Assembly (NCBI GenBank): GCA_951406725.2
Contig: OX597836.1
Span: 15,004,001-15,068,000, forward strand
DNA: 64,000 bases
Reading direction: 5' to 3'
Origin: Octopus vulgaris
Lineage: Eukaryota
Shown in pieces: positions 11,454 through 23,527 of the stretch. The notes beneath the pieces are model-generated. The model did not search any database. It saw only the letters and a list, made by a program, of their open reading frames with translations, and was not told the DNA's origin. The position numbers and the translations under genes are program-made. Numbering within the stretch: position 1 is the first letter of the stretch; each line of letters begins with the position of its first letter.

Positions 11454-11975
11454 AGTATTTCATCTGCCGTTACCTTCTGAGTTCAAACTCCATCGAGGTC
11501 GACTCTGCCCTTCACGGTTGATTAAATAAGTACCAGTTACGCACGGGGGCCAATGAAATCGACTTTAACCTTTTGTCTGTCCTTGTTTGTCCCCTCTATG
11601 TTTAACCCCTTGTGGGCAATAAAGAAATAAGTATTTCATCTGCCGTTACCTTCTGAGTTCAAATTCCTTCGAGGTCGTCTTTGCCTTTCATCCGTTTGGG
11701 GTCGATTAAATAAGTACCAGTTATGCACTGGGTTCGATGAAATTGATTTAAACATTTTGTCTGTCCTTGATTGTCCCCTCTATGTTTAGCCCTTTGTGGG
11801 CAATAAAGAAATAAGTATTTCTTCTGCCGTTACCTTCTGAGTTCAAACTCCATCGAGGTCGACTCTGCCCTTCAGGGTCAATTAAATAAGTACCAGTTAT
11901 GCACTGGGGTCGATGAAATCGACTTAAACCTTTTGTCTGTCCTTGATTGTTCCCTCTATATTTAGCCCTCTAAAG
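11454..11975 (+). mobile_element. Three tandem ~180-bp units of the family-C SINE body, next to an inverted copy at 11175-11390
   Basis: units restart at GTATTTC near 11455, 11631 and 11815. Confidence 0.85.
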
Positions 11976-12093
11976 AAAGAAATATTAAATAAAAAGAAAT
12001 AAAGAAATAAATATTAAATTTAAAATTTATATCTTTTTTTGTTTTGTTTGTTTTTTTCCTGTCTATACACGTGTGTGTGTGTGTATTTTGTAG

Positions 12094-12167
12094 TGTGGGT
12101 CTCTGAGATAATGTTGCAACAGACACAGGTGGTTACTGTCATTGATTATTACAACAGATGGATGAAG
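12094..12167 (+). CDS. MUTYH: MUTYH exon (VWVSEIMLQQTQVVTVIDYYNRWMK), catalytic Glu
   Basis: tgtAG / GTAAGA; canonical WVSEIMLQQT motif. Confidence 0.97.
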
Positions 12168-12599
12168 GTAAGATGTTTTAGCACTTGCTTTTGGTTCTTG
12201 GGGGTGGAGACGTTGGGGCTGGGGTGCTGAATGCATGTTTTTTTTTGTTTGTTTTTGATGTTTTCTTCTTCATGGTTGCTTTTTCTCTTCTTTTCCTTTT
12301 TTTTTTTGTCTGCCATGGAGGGTGTCTTTAAATGTCAATTCACCTGTATGTCAACAACCAATTTATCATTTTTTTTTTTCACCTGTGACACGCATTTGTT
12401 TGTTCTTGTTGTTTTATTGTGTATTTAGTTATTGTTTTTATGAGATCTATAACTGAACAGGCTTTTAGAAGTTTTAAGAGCTGGGAATAATGGATCTTCC
12501 CACAAGATGACAGAAAATACGAGAACGAATTGATAATTATTTCATTGATTGAATAAATCTTTTTGTGTTTAGAACTTGTGTCTTATTTTCACTTGCAAA

Positions 12600-13820
12600 A
12601 AAACAAAAAAATAACAGAACTGAACGAACAGTTCCAATGCGTGTTCACCACACCTTTGGGACACAGGCAAATGAACAAACCGGTAGAATTCTTTGCCACT
12701 TTACCTGTAACCAAAGATGTGAAAATTGAGTACATCAACATTGAAGAAGATGTAATAATGGCCATAGATGAGGTTGACACAAAATCAACTGCTGGCCCTG
12801 ATGGATTTCCAGCAGTCTTTCTCAAATCATGCAAATGAGCCCTTGCAAAACCACTGCAGCTTCTTTTTCAGTGCTTTGTTGCAAGTGGTAAGCTCCCAGA
12901 CAAACTGAAGAAAAGCTTAATATACCCTATCCATAAGGGAGGAAGCAGAGCAGATGATAAAAATCATAGGCCTATCTCTCTGACCTCACACATCAGCAAA
13001 GTCATAAAATGTACAGTCCACAAAAAATTTATCGCATTCCTTCAAGAAAATTACTTGCTGACTAACAACCAGCATAGATTTCGACCAGGTAGAAGCTGTC
13101 TAACACAGCTCTTACAATACTACGACTGGGTGTTAAAACAGCTGCTAAATGACTCAAGTGTGGATGTGATATATCTCAACTTTGCAAAGGCCTATGATAA
13201 AGTGAACCATGGTATGATATGTCTCAAACTGCATGATCTCAGCAGAAGCAAAAAACTTAGAGAGTGGCTGCATGACTTTCTAAGAGATAGACATCACCAG
13301 TGGTGGCCATTGGAGCCACCTCCAAGGAAAAAAAAAAATAGTGATGTTCCATTGGGCACTGTGTTAGGGCTACTGCTATTCATAGTACTTACTTGTACTT
13401 GTGACAACATTCACCCTGGGCAGGTTGAGTCGGCTTCTTCTACCACCCTTGAGGCATCTCGAACCATGGCAGCCCACGCACGACAGTCCTGCGCCAGTTC
13501 ACTGGGGATAGCGAGCCAGTCACGGTTCCATTGGCGCAGGCCGACCACCTGTGGTCCCGTGAGCACGGAGAGGTCCTCCTTGATCATTGTAACCCAGGTC
13601 TTCAGCTGCCCGCCCGTGCGTTTCCGCCAGTTGGGAAGTGGAGTTGGGAGCAGGACATCACGGCTCAGTTCAAAGGGCTATTCATAGTGGCCCTTTCAGA
13701 CTTGTCCCCAGCTGCTCAGATAGCCACCCTTGCTAGCTATGCAGATGACACAAAAGTCTCTCAGACAATACAAAATCCTGGAAATATTGCACATCTTCAA
13801 TGAGAGTTGGACACAATATA
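12600..13820 (+). mobile_element. Decayed non-LTR (CR1/Jockey-group) reverse transcriptase fragment
   Basis: GPDG, RPISLTS, QHRFRPGRSC, NFAKAYDKV, VPLGTVLG and YADD motifs, with stops and frameshifts. Confidence 0.9.
13387..13676 (-). mobile_element. 5'-truncated RTE-clade LINE 3' end nested in the RT fragment
   Basis: 12-bp TSD GCTATTCATAGT (13375-13386 and 13677-13688); minus frame PNWRKRTGGQLKTW...LAQDCRAW; (CAAGTA)n tail. Confidence 0.82.
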
Positions 13821-14120
13821 CCCTCTGTTATTACCTCCGGCTTATACTTTTTGCAATTTTCTCATTTTATCATATAATTCGCCCAACACATAGATTTTTG
13901 TAGGGCACATAGATTTTTATCTAAATCCAATTTGCCTTTTATTGAACTGGATGTTAGTATCACACGTAAACAAAGTTTCGTGAATTTTGGTTCAGTGGTT
14001 TAGGCGCTAAGTTTGTAACAGACAGACAGAAATTGCCATTTGTATGTATGGATGTTATGTGCAGTAAAGATGATGAAAGAAAACAACAAAATAATCAACT
14101 TTTATATTTTTAATTTTTAG

Positions 14121-14162
14121 AAATGGCCAACTGTTCAAGACCTGGCAAGAGCGGACATTGAG
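14121..14162 (+). CDS. MUTYH: MUTYH exon (KWPTVQDLARADIE)
   Basis: tttAG / GTAAGT; WPTxxDLA motif. Confidence 0.95.
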
Positions 14163-14305
14163 GTAAGTCTAGAAATGACCAGTTTCTTATGGATACTTCA
14201 TCCTTTTGTTACCATATTTCTGTTGAAATATGTTGCCCTTGTTTCATTAGATTTTAAAAGTAATGGAAAATTTGAGATGGTGTTTGGAAAAAAAATTAAC
14301 ACCTA

Positions 14306-14810
14306 GGAGTGGCTGTGTGGTAAGTAGCTTACTTACCAACCACATGGTTCCGGGTTCAGTCATACTGCGTGGCACCTTGGGCAAGTGTCTTCTGCTATAG
14401 CCTTGGGCAGACCAAAGCCCTGTGAGTGGATTTGGAAGATAGAAACTGAAAGAAGCCCGTCGTATATATATATATGTATGTGTGTGTTTGTCCTCCCAAC
14501 ATCGCTTGACAACCGATGCTGGTGTGTTTATGTCCCCGTAACTTAGCAGTTCAGCAAAAGAGACCGATAGAATAAGTAATAGGCTTACAAAGAGTAAGTC
14601 CTAGAGTTGACTTGCTCGTAAACACACCAGCATCGGTTGTCAATCGATGGTGAGGGGACAAACACAGACACACTAACATAAACACACATACATATATACG
14701 ACGGGCTTCTTTCAGTTTCCATCTACCAAATCCATTCACAAGGCTTTGGTCGACCCAAGGCTATAGTAGAAGACACTTGCCCAAGATGCCACACAGCCAC
14801 TCCTGCACCT
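14306..14810. mobile_element. Two family-A SINEs joined in opposite orientation
   Basis: + copy 14306-14618 then - copy 14618-14810. Confidence 0.75.
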
Positions 14811-15282
14811 ATAAGATGTTAACAACATCTTAATAGTTTACTATGTATGTGATAGCCTGTTTTTAAATTCTGCCAAGATGTTTTTCTTAAAATGGGGACA
14901 TAAAGAAAACATCTCATTCCAAGAATTTATGTAGTCATTGGAGGCTCTTAAGTTCTTTAAGTGACATAACTTTTCAGGAGAACATACTTTTTTTTTTCTT
15001 TTGATCCTTTAACATAGGGTTCTGATTTTGGAGAAGATTTTCTATTTGATGTCAAAATTGATCCCTTCATTTTTAAGTTTCCAGACTTAAGCCTAAAGGA
15101 TCATTGAATGTCTCTTACCACAGTACCTTAAATTCAAAGGATGGTTGTTATATCTCTACTTCAAACCTACCTTCCATAGCTATGGTTTTTCCAAATTTTC
15201 CTTCCACAGCATGAATATAACATTTAATTTTAGTACAATCATTGTCATAGTTCGCTTGAACCCTATACTAATGGGTCCAAAA

Positions 15283-15702
15283 GGCGGCGAGCTGGCAGAC
15301 ACGTTAGCATGCCAGGCGAAATGCTTAGCGGTATTTTGTCTGTCGTTACGTTCTGAGTTCAAATTCCGCCGAGGTCGACTTTGCCTTTCATCCTTTCGTG
15401 GTCGATAAATTAAGTACCAGTGACGCACTGGGGTCGATGTAATCGATTTAATACCTATGTCTGTCCTTGTTTGTCCCCTCTGTGTTTAGCCCCTTGTGGA
15501 TAATAAAGAAATAGGTATTTCGTCTGTCGTTACGTTCTGAGTTCAAATTCCACTGAGGTCGATTTTGCCTTTCATCCTTTCCGGGTCAGTAAATAAAGTA
15601 CCAATTTCGCACTGGGGTCGATGTAATTGACTTAATTCCTTTGTCTGTCCTTGTTTGTCCCCTCTATGTTTAGCCCCTTTTGGGCAATAAAGAAATATAT
15701 AT
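15283..15702 (+). mobile_element. SINE family C (GGCGGCGAGCTGGCAG head), partial dimer with 14-bp TSD
   Basis: B-box-like GAGTTCAAATTCC; core TTTGCCTTTCATCCTTTCGGGGTCGATAAA; TSD TAATGGGTCCAAAA. Other copies near 4217, 16849, 24957, 33410, 43270, 49254, 56203. Confidence 0.88.
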
Positions 15703-15751
15703 TAATGGGTCCAAAAATAATGTTCACATTTTTTTCTTCTTTTCCTTGCAG

Positions 15752-15823
15752 GAAGTCAACCAAGTGTGGTCAGGTCTGGGATATTATTCCCGAGCTCGTC
15801 GACTCCATGAGGCAGCTAATAAG
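15752..15823 (+). CDS. MUTYH: MUTYH exon ([24 protein letters not shown])
   Basis: ttgcAG / GTACAC; W.GLGYY.R motif. Confidence 0.97.
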
Positions 15824-16194
15824 GTACACCCAGAATTACTTCAGAATTTTTTTTTTTTTTCTTAAAATCTAATGGGGTTGGGTTGATCCTGTGGGTATAT
15901 TGCCTATCATTGACCAGATTTTTTTTGGTTTCACTGGTTGCCTCATTAAGGTTACAAGCTCAATGCCCCACCATGGGGGACTGAGCTTGTCACCTCACTG
16001 AGGAAGCCAATAAGATAATCAACTCTCATTCATAACTACTTTCTCTTTGTTTTGTCTTCTGTTTCTTGTTTTACTTGTTTCAATCATTGGACTGCGGCCA
16101 TACTGGGGCACTACCTTGAAAGCTTTAGTTGAACAAGTTGACCCTAAGGCTCATTTTTTTAAAACTATGGGGGTTCACCAGAATAAAATAATAG

Positions 16195-16690
16195 TAGCTG
16201 TGATACCAGTGCCGATGGCACATAAGAGAATCATCCGAACGTGGCTGTTGCCAGCGCCACCCCGACTGGCCTCCATGCCGGTGGCACGTAAAATGCTCCA
16301 TCCGATTGTGGCCGTTGCCAGCCTCGTCTGGCCCCGTGCCAGTGATACATAAAAAGCACCATTCGAGCGTGATCGTTACCTGCGTCGCCTTACTGACACG
16401 TGAAAAAACATTCGAGCAAGGTCATTGTCAGTGCCGCTGGACAGGCTCCTGTGCAGGTGGCATGTAAAAAACACCATTTGAGTGTTGCCGTTGCCAGTAC
16501 CGCCTGACTGGCCCTCATTCTGGTGGCACGTAAAAGCACCCACTACATTCTCGGAGTGGTTGGCATTAGGAAGGGCATCCAGCTGTAGAAACACTGCCTG
16601 ATCAGATTGGAGAATGGTGCAGCCATCCGGTTCACCAGTCCTCAATCAAATCGTCCAACCCATGCTAGCATGGAAAGCAGACGTTAAACT
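16195..16690 (+). mobile_element. Family-B retroposon with about 5 diverged monomers
   Basis: repeated GTGGCAYRTAAAAAGCACCAT motif, then body and tail; similar at 39927-40222, 46230-46600, 53445-53870 (-), 47072-47365 (-). Confidence 0.8.
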
Positions 16691-17581
16691 GTGTCTATAA
16701 ACACAGGGTATGGCTGTGTGGTAAGAAGCTTGTTTCCTAACCGCATGGTTCAGGGTTCAGTCCCACTGCACCTTGGGTAATTCTCTTCTACTATGGACTC
16801 TAGCCACCTGAAGCCTTGTCTGTGGCATTGGTAGACAGAAACTGAAAGAGGTGGCGAGCTGGAAGAAACGTTAGCACGCGGGGCGAAATGCTTAGCGGTA
16901 TTTCGTCTGTCTTTACGTTCTGAGTTCAAATTCCGCCAAAGTTGATTTTGCCGTTTCATCCTTTCGGGGTCGATTAAATAAGTACCAGTTACACACTGGG
17001 GTCGATGTAATCGACTTAATCCCTTTGTCTGTCCTTGTTTGTCCCACTCTATGTTTAGCCCCTTGTGGGCAATAAAGAAATAAGAAACTGAAAGAAGCCT
17101 ATCTGTGTGTGTGTGTGTGTGTTTGTCCTCCACTACCACTTAACTGGTGTTGGTGTGTTTATGTCCCCATTTACTTAACAGTTCAGTAAAAAGGACCAAT
17201 AGAATAAGTACAAGCTTAAAACAAAATAATAAGCGATGAGATCAATTTATTCCACTAAAGATTCCTCAAGGCGGTGCCCCAGCATGGCCACAGCCTAATG
17301 ACTGAAACAAGTAAAAAGATAAAAGATATATAATTATTTCCTCTTCCTTAATTCATTATTTCATGTTTTTTAATTAAAATTATTTCCTACTTCATAATTG
17401 ATATCTTTATCATACTTCAAAATTCTTTGTCATAACTTACAAATAAAATGTTTCATGCTATCTGTGCGTATAATTACAAATTTATTAATTACCAAGATTT
17501 CCAGCATAAATTAATAATTAGCAGATGCAATAATCACTAATTCAAACTGGTTCAGTGACTTCTTTGTTTTTTCTCTTTTAT

Positions 17582-17631
<50 letters not shown>

Positions 17632-17734
17632 TTACTCATCACATTTACATAAATCCATACTAATAAACACTCACATCACACACATATACCTACATCTACA
17701 CTCACACACTTATACATACATATACACACACACG

Positions 17735-17767
<33 letters not shown>

Positions 17768-18097
17768 GCAATGACATTGGTACATATATACAATCTCATA
17801 TATATAATGTATAAAATATATATTTATAAACTATATTTATATATATATATACACACGCACATGACATTGGTTCATATATACAATCCCTTATATATAATGT
17901 ATAAAATATATATTTATACACTATATATTATAAACTCTATATATTATAAACTCTATATATATACACTGCACGTATATATACTATAATATATATATATTAT
18001 ATACTTTATTTATATGTGTGTTGTGCATGTTCTCATCCAATGCACACACAAACATCTATACACCAACCTAACACACACACACACACACACACACTAG

Positions 18098-18211
18098 GTG
18101 ATGCATAAACTGAAGGGTCAGATACCAAGGTCAGCCACAGACTTGCACCAACATTTGCCTGGTGTTGGAAGGTACACTGCCTCAGCTGTTGCTTCTATTT
18201 CATTCAAGGAG
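18098..18211 (+). CDS. MUTYH: MUTYH exon ([38 protein letters not shown]), helix-hairpin-helix
   Basis: ctAG / GTAAGT; LPGVGRYTA motif. Confidence 0.96.
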
Positions 18212-19113
18212 GTAAGTCTAGGAACAGCTAGCGCTTCAGTTTGTTGGAGCTGTTACTCGACAGAGCCATGCTGGAGCACTGCATTGTGATTGAATTTTTT
18301 AAAAAATTGTTTTATTTTATTCTTCATTTTTGTATCTTTTTTTTAAAATTTCTTTTCCCTTCTAGGCACAAGGCCCAAAATTTGGTGGGGTGGGGGTGGT
18401 CGATTAGATAAACCCCAGTATGCAACTGGTACTTAATTTATCGACCACAAATGGATGAAAGGCAAAGTCATCCTTAGCGGAATTGGATAACCGATGGTCA
18501 GTTTGAACATAAAACAGGTAGAATAATTGGGTTGGATATGGCTGGTTCAAATACTACAGGATAAATACATGGAATGTTCCTTTCTGAATTTGGAAAACAC
18601 TGGTTGCATGGAGAGGGGAGGCTGGTGTGCATGGGCGACTACTGGTCTTCCATAAACAACCTTGGCTGGACTTGTGCCTGGGAGGGTAACTTTCTAGGTT
18701 CAATCCCATGGTCTGTGTCGTGACCGAAGGGGGTCTCAGATGTGCCACCAGCACAGGTGCCTTTTACATGACACTGGCAAGGGCCATGACTATTGATTTG
18801 TCTTCTCAAGCACCACATGTCACCAAAGGTCTCAGCCACTTGTCATCACGACATGAGGCCCTTTTGAATTAATCACACTTCATTTTTGTAGCTTCAAGAT
18901 TTTAATGGTGTTTTTGTATATCTTTATAATGGCATTGTAGGATAGGTGTGAGGGGTTGGCTCTGGTCAGTTTTAAAATCAAATTGGTAGAACATTTGGGC
19001 CAGATTAAATACTAATGGATTAAAACAAGAAGGTTGTATTACAGAACCAGAACCAATCTAAGGCTGGTTGGTATCAAGAGGGTTAAAGCAATGTGTCTTT
19101 ACGGTATGCCTAT

Positions 19114-19536
19114 ACTCTTTACTCTCTTTTACTCTTTTACTTGTTTCAGTCATTTGACTGTGGCCATGCTGGAGCACCACCTTTAGTCGAGCAAATCGAC
19201 CCCAGGACTTATTCTTTGTAAGCCTAGTAGTTATTCTATCGGTCTCTTTTGCCGAACCGCTAAGTGACGGGGACGTAAACACACCAGCATCGGTTGTCAA
19301 GCGATGTTGGAGGGACAAACACAGACACACAAACTCACACACACACACACACATATATATATATACATATATATGACAGGCTTCTTTCAGTTTCCGTCTA
19401 CCAAATCCACTCACAAGGCTTTGGTCGGCCCGAGGCTATAGTAGAAGACACTTGCCCAAGGTGCCACGCAGTGGGACTGAACCCGGAACCAGGGGGTTGG
19501 TAAGCAAGCTACTTACCACACAGCCACTCCTGCACC
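19114..19536 (-). mobile_element. SINE family A, full length
   Basis: family consensus. Confidence 0.88.
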
Positions 19537-19621
19537 CATGTGTGTTTTATTAAACTTTTTTATGTTTCGTTTTTATTTCAATTTATTTATGCGTTTGTTT
19601 TTCTTTTTTCTCTATTGTCAG

Positions 19622-19719
19622 CCTGTCGGGGTTGTTGATGGCAATGTGGTGAGGGTACTAAGTCGGTTACGTGCAATTGGAGCTAACAGTGATGACCCTC
19701 AGGTGGTTGACGCATTCTG
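19622..19719 (+). CDS. MUTYH: MUTYH exon (PVGVVDGNVVRVLSRLRAIGANSDDPQVVDAFW), catalytic Asp
   Basis: gtcAG / GTACGT; VDGNVxRV motif. Confidence 0.97.
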
Positions 19720-19766
19720 GTACGTGGCATTATTATGTTCACTCTCTCTCACTCCATATATACATT

Positions 19767-19801
<35 letters not shown>

Positions 19802-20026
19802 GTATAGAAATACAAACTGGGACAAGAATGCAAAACATTTAGGAGACGATGCAAAAATCACGGACGGGACATTCGAAGCCTTCAATCTTCAGTCAAGAGC
19901 CGGATCATCCTCGCAATTTCAGCTGATTATATATATAATTAAATAATAAGAGTAGAAATTGATATTAATCAATTAAAAACAGTGGCTTAGCATATTTAAA
20001 AATCCGAAGATTAAAAACTGTGTTAC

Positions 20027-20253
20027 ATATAAAATTAAGAATAATGACCACTAAAGTGGACACCTAATATGCTAAACATAGACGTCTAATTGCCATTACC
20101 ACGAAGAGTGTGTTCTCAAGAAAAATCTCAGCAAAATGCCAAAATGTAAAAATGATATTTTTCTTGAAAACACACTCTCCATGGTAATGGTGATTTGATA
20201 TCTATGTTTAGCATATTAGGTGTCCACTTTAGTGGTCATTCCTCTTAATTTTG

Positions 20254-20258
<5 letters not shown>
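20027..20258. repeat. Imperfect palindrome with ~105-bp arms
   Basis: AATGACCACTAAAGTGGACACCTAATATGCTAAACATAGA mirrored at about 20201-20240. Confidence 0.85.
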
Positions 20259-20290
<32 letters not shown>

Positions 20291-20291
<1 letters not shown>

Positions 20292-20810
20292 AGGGTTGGC
20301 TGAAGAGTTCATAGACTGGCCAAGATACTCTCATGGAATGTAACTAAATGAGGTTTATTTTTCAACGGGGTCTCTCTTGCAGTCCATAAACATTTTACAT
20401 TGATGTTGTAAAGGGCTTGAATCCCATTATTGTTGGTCAAAAAAGTCATCAACAGCAGATATGACATCCTCATCACTGCAATACTGGTTCCCAGCAAAGT
20501 GTTTTTTTCATGTTGGGGGAACAGATGATAGTCAGATGGGGCCAAATCAGGAGAACAGAGAGGGTGATCAACCAGTCCAAAGCCACAGTCACATACAACC
20601 ACAATTGAAACAAGGCCTTGTGTGCTGAAGCAGTGTTCTAATGAAACAAGACCTCTTTCATTAGTTTTCCTGGACGTTTGGCCTTGATAACCTTTTGTAA
20701 CTGTCTCGGCAAGATGGCATAATATTCTCCATTGATGGTATGGCCCTTTTGACAATAGTCAACAAACCATGTAGTTGTGAGTTGGACTTCTTAACCACCC
20801 AGACATGCCT
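20291..20810 (-). mobile_element. mariner transposase remnant
   Basis: minus-strand translation HPLCSPDLAPSDYHLFP (mariner YSPDLAP motif); frameshifted. Confidence 0.8.
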
Positions 20811-20861
20811 GCTTGTGAAGTTTCTTTTCATTTTTTTCTATATATTTTTTCTTAATTTTAG

Positions 20862-21006
20862 GCAATTATCTGATAAACTTGTATCTCCTGATCAACCTGG
20901 TGACTTTAACCAAGGCATCATGGAGCTAGGGGCCACAGTGTGCACCCCAAAATCTCCATCTTGCTCCTCCTGTCCACTCCAGAATATCTGTCATGCATAC
21001 AAAATG
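20862..21006 (+). CDS. MUTYH: MUTYH exon (QLSDKLVSPDQPGDFNQGIMELGATVCTPKSPSCSSCPLQNICHAYKM), [4Fe-4S] motif
   Basis: tttAG / GTAAAC; PGDFNQ..MELGA and C-X6-C-X2-C-X5-C. Confidence 0.97.
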
Positions 21007-21520
21007 GTAAACAGCTTGCTTTTTTTTACAACTTTATTATTATTATCATTATTATTATTATGATGATGATGATGATAGTGTTGGTGTTGGTGATGGTGAT
21101 GATGGTTATGATGATGATGAATAGAAGAAGAAGGAGGAAGAGGAGGCAGTGAGTTGGCAGAATTGTTAGCATGCTTAGCGGTATTTCATCTGTCTTTACG
21201 TTTTGAGTTCAAATTCCACTGGGGTCGGTAAATTAAGTACCAGTGAAACACTGGGATTGATCCATCAATTGTAAATAATGTAAATAATCTACTGGGGTTG
21301 ATGTAATCGACTAGTACCGCCCCCCCAAAAAAAATTTTAGGCCTTGTGCCTATAGTAGATATGATTATTATCATTGTTATTATTATCGAAATATTGTATG
21401 AGGGGGTACGGAAAAGTTCCTGGCTTTAAGAGTATCACAAAATGCCTGGTTGGGTGGGTGGAGGTGCTACCCTTCCAAGTTCTTTTACAGGATGAAGGAC
21501 TGCTGCAATAAGTGCAATAA

Positions 21521-21870
21521 GGGTAGGAAATCAGGTGTAGTGATGGTGAATCTCAGAAAGCATGGAAGTTTTGAAGGATGCAGTGCTCCGACAACTAACA
21601 ACTGATGCCAGCAGTTTGTTCCATGCTTCAGCAACTCTCAGCGTGAAAAAATGTTTCCTAAAGTCATGGGAGCTGTGCTGTTTTCTGGCTTTGTAAATAT
21701 GTCCATGGGTGTTAGACGGGTGGAGTTTGAAAAGGTGCAAGCATGTATCTGACTCATACACTCTTCACTTTCCAGACATTTGTACATTACTGCATATGCT
21801 TTATACGCACTTTTGACAAGTTGTGGTGCACCTGAGTACTGTATACAATAATTTCATTATTATTATTATT
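21521..21870. mobile_element. Same CR1/L2-type 3' end with its 5' part inverted
   Basis: 21521-21737 is the reverse complement of the ORF end; 21739-21870 is the sense 3' UTR. Confidence 0.8.
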
Positions 21871-22188
21871 ACTACTACTACTACCCCATACAGTCATCTA
21901 ACTACCATACCAGAAGCAGACAAGATAATGATAATCTATATGGTGCTCTCATACAGTAGTAGTAGTCATACATCTAACTGTACACACTCACACAGAGCCA
22001 CACAATGCTCTTCTTTCGTTTCCCATCTACGAAATCCACTTGAGGCTTTGTCCAGTCCAACATGCCATGCAGTGGGACTGAACCCAAAACTATGTGGTTG
22101 GAAAGCAAACATCTTACCACAGAGCCACACCTGCACCTCACTGCTTTTCATATTTTTCATATTTTTTATTTTATTTGGTTGTTTTCAG

Positions 22189-22267
22189 AAGATGAAAAAT
22201 GAGCAATTAGCTGGCAATGCTCTGCTTCAACGAACCAAGAAAGGCGATGTTGTGGACATTGAATGTG
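22189..22267 (+). CDS. MUTYH: MUTYH exon (KMKNEQLAGNALLQRTKKGDVVDIEC), interdomain connector
   Basis: ttcAG / GTATGT; phases consistent; DIEC resembles the connector D(V/I)EEC. Confidence 0.88.
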
Positions 22268-23151
22268 GTATGTGGCCCTTTACTAATAACTAAAGTGTTG
22301 GGGTTGTTGTTGGGTGGTTCATGTTCAGATGTTTTGGGTGGGCGCGTATTCAGCACACAATTGTACATCATCCATCATCATCGTCATCGTTTAACGTCCG
22401 TTTTCCATGCTAGCATGGGTTGGACGGTTCAACTGGGGTCTGGGAAGCCAGGGGGCTGCTCCAGGCTCCAGTCTGATCTGGTAGAGTTTCTACAGCTGGA
22501 TGCCCTTCCTAATGCCAACCACTCCGTGAGTGTAGTGGGTGCTTTTTACATGCCACCTGCACAGGTGCCAGACGAGGCTGGCAAATGGCCACGATCGGAT
22601 GGTACTTTTTACGTGCCACCGGTACGGAGGCCAGTCGGGGCGACGCTGGCAACGGTCAATTTCAGATGGTTCTCTTACATGCCACCGGCACTGGAATTTA
22701 ATTCCTGGTGAGACGTTGTGTCCTTAAGCAAGACACTTTATTTCACATTGCTCCAGTCCACTCAGCTGGCAAAGTTCAGTTGTACCTGTAATTCAAAGAG
22801 CCAGCCATGTCATGCTGTGTCTCCTGGAGAACTATGCTGAGGGTTACGCGTATCTCTGGAGTCTCAACCACACGCATGTTAATTTCATAGGAGTGGCTGT
22901 GTGGTAAGTAGCTTGCTTACCAACCACATGGTTCCAGTTTCAGTCCCACTGCATGGCACCTTGGACAAGTGTCTTCTACTATAGCCTTGCGCCGACCAAA
23001 GCCTTGTGAGTGGATTTGGTAGACAGAAACTGAAAAAAACCTGTCGTATATATGTATAGTTAAAGTTAATCCAAACAAGAAAGCACAAAAAAACACAACA
23101 CTAGGACATGGAACAAATATAGTATTATTGGACGCTCAGGAAAGAAGGAGG

Positions 23152-23186
23152 GTTTAACGTTTCGAGCGGAGCTCTTTGTCGGAAAC
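23152..23186 (-). ncRNA. Degenerate hammerhead motif copy (core CCGACAA)
   Basis: same element as the copies above, with two core substitutions. Confidence 0.45.
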
Positions 23187-23527
23187 ATAGGAGAAGGGAA
23201 GACAAAGGAAAAAAAATCGCCAACAGTACACACGCGGTCACATTTTGAATGTATATATGTATATATATATTTGTGTATGTGTGTGTTAATTTTTGTTGTA
23301 TATCTAGAATCGCTTTATCTATTGTGACCATTTTTTTTTAAGACAGTCAGCTGTGATTTGAAGAAATTTAGCTGCTATTTCTAGTAGGCTGATTAACCAC
23401 AAAGTGGCCATCATTATTATAATTATTATTCTTGTTTATTTTCTGTTGTTTTTTTTTACCCCTCATTTTGTTTTTCTCCCACAATTTAATAAGATATTTC
23501 TCTCCCTCTCTCTCTCTCCTCCCACAG

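Noticed and set aside
13055-13687. 210-aa ORF as a host gene
   Set aside because: Chimera of a decayed LINE RT and the antisense of a nested RTE fragment.
19861-19900. CUGAAGA...GAAU hammerhead-like core on the minus strand (related copy at about 55391-55430)
   Set aside because: GAAA core is broken in both copies and stems I and II cannot be convincingly paired.
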